From positions 1,120,001 to 1,184,000 of the forward strand of contig CM000435.1 in NCBI GenBank assembly GCA_000165345.1: 64,000 nt of DNA. Direction: 5' to 3'. Positions 62,524 through 64,000 of the stretch are shown piece by piece. How positions within the stretch are numbered: the first letter of the stretch is position 1; every line of letters begins with the position of its first letter. The position numbers and the translations under genes are program-made. The notes below the pieces were generated by a model. The model saw only the letters and a list, made by a program, of their open reading frames with translations. It was not told the DNA's origin and made no database searches.

Positions 62524-63636
62524 GATATTAATGTTTATACAAGTGGATTAAAAAAAAACTTTAAATATCCAAAATGAAAGAATCCAATTTAATAGCAAAT
62601 GCAAATACACGTTATATATGATTAGTATTAATCCAAGTATAAAGAAAATCGTCAGGTTTGCAGACATAGAGTTTCTCCACATAGATAGATTCAGTGGATT
62701 GACAGATTATTTTGCACGCTTAACTACTTAAAAAGTAGAAGATCATCATTCATTTCCAATATACCATCAATAAATATACAAATCCATATAACGTGGAATA
62801 AATGCTATAAAATGGAGTAATTAACATAGAAATAATGCTCAGTACCGCTTTGAAAATAGTAACTCTTAAGAGACCAATTTCCAAAACGATAAAAAACTCT
62901 TTTTCTACACTAAGTTTCAGTGGAAGGAGAAGAATAGAGTTGGTTAATCTTCATTGCAATATTCCAATTATACCAGATGAATAACTATGTATTTACGTAT
63001 ATTTTTAAAGTTCTTTTCCATTTAATTGCGACAAATAATATAACGTATTTAAATATATCCATTTATAAAAGGCTTAAAATATTCCCATATTTCAATACTT
63101 AATAGAGAAAAGAAGAATACCAATAACTAAAAATATCCGACTTACCTCGTATTCATAAGATATCTTTCAAACTATATGTAACAATTATTGATGGGATGAA
63201 TAAAGTAATATGTCTTATAGTTTAACAGATTTTAAGGTCTCAATTCTTTCCATGACCTCCCTTGTAATAGATGAATTCTTTTTTCTTCTTCTGCAAATAA
63301 TAGAAAGAAAACCGTTTAAAAGTCGTTCCCTCAGAGTTAAAAAGCTCGATATTATTTAATATTCTCGTCATAATAATCTGAATTGGATTTCAAAATCATC
63401 ATTGGGATAAATATTAAAGATTTAACTTTTTCTTTATATACGAATTCTTATTCACTTAGTCTATATATAAGGAGTTTCCATTTTGTATCCCATTGTAGAT
63501 TACTGAAATAAAATCCACTAATACAAAACTGAGATACAAAATGTAAAAACTGAAAATCTTTGTCCGTTTTTTCCTCAAATTCCTCAAATCTCTTAATTGA
63601 TTATTTCATTTATTTGATTATTATTTACTATTTCTC

Positions 63637-63672
<36 letters not shown>

Positions 63673-63680
63673 CCTCTAGA

Positions 63681-63730
63681 CAAACCGCCAAAATTTCGTC
63701 TCATTTTCGGGCGGGCAATTAGGGCGGTAA
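63681..63730. promoter_or_regulatory. Cluster of E2F-like boxes: CAAACCGCCAAAA ... TTTCGGGCGGGCAATTAGGGCGGTAAC
   Basis: Direct read, about 80 nt upstream of an ATG at about 63810 (MDSSHFAVVCLKKPILFSG then stop). It may be the promoter of a gene that is spliced or lies mostly beyond the window end. Confidence 0.3.
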
Positions 63731-64000
63731 CTCCATTTATTATAATATTTAGATATTAAAATTGAAATAAGCTTCTTAAGACTTGATGAAAGGGTTGGAA
63801 GCAACAGATCATGGATTCATCGCATTTTGCTGTGGTTTGTTTGAAAAAACCTATTTTGTTTTCTGGGTAGTTTAGGTTGCAGATCGTAGTGTTTGAACAG
63901 AATTCCGGGATTGAGTCCATACTGCTAGAACAAATTTCTGAGAGGTGGTCCCTGATTCCTTGAATATAGTTTTCAACGGTTGACTTTATATTATTAATTG

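Noticed and set aside
63840-63960. tRNA-like fragment (GGGTAGTTTAGG ... GGGATTGAGTCC)
   Set aside because: I could not build a cloverleaf. The T-arm lacks a complementary closing strand and no acceptor stem pairs. I found no convincing tRNA anywhere in the window.

Overview
This window looks like nuclear chromosomal DNA from an AT-rich, intron-poor eukaryote with a compact genome, not a prokaryotic or phage locus. Standard-code ORFs up to 20 kb rule out ciliate codes. The coding style, the trio of tandem 5S rRNA genes with unrelated spacers, and recurring E2F-like GGCGCC/GGCGGGAA and TGCATGCA promoter motifs fit an apicomplexan such as Cryptosporidium; this is an inference, not a database match. 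I can support 14 protein-coding genes from conserved motifs. They are a PP2A B''/PR72-like EF-hand subunit cut at the window start, an unassigned 2151-aa protein, a 6680-aa intronless HECT E3 ligase with ankyrin repeats (31% of the window), V-ATPase catalytic subunit A, coatomer beta', a UBL-STI1-UBA ubiquilin, an arrestin-like hypothetical, a 1040-aa hypothetical with a Cys-rich tail, a NEK kinase, ribosomal protein S20/uS10, a two-exon MIP18/FAM96 gene missed by the ORF track, a secreted 3-TM membrane protein, a SMYD methyltransferase and an HDEL-tagged thioredoxin-fold protein. Three 120-nt 5S rRNA genes lie at 2479-4180. Non-coding signals include palindromic TTGGCGCCAA boxes upstream of most genes, a 150-nt GC island, a GA-rich polypurine tract, a (CCT)10 repeat inside coatomer beta', C-homopolymers and AT/ATT microsatellites. 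I found no CRISPR, tRNA, transposon or telomeric array.
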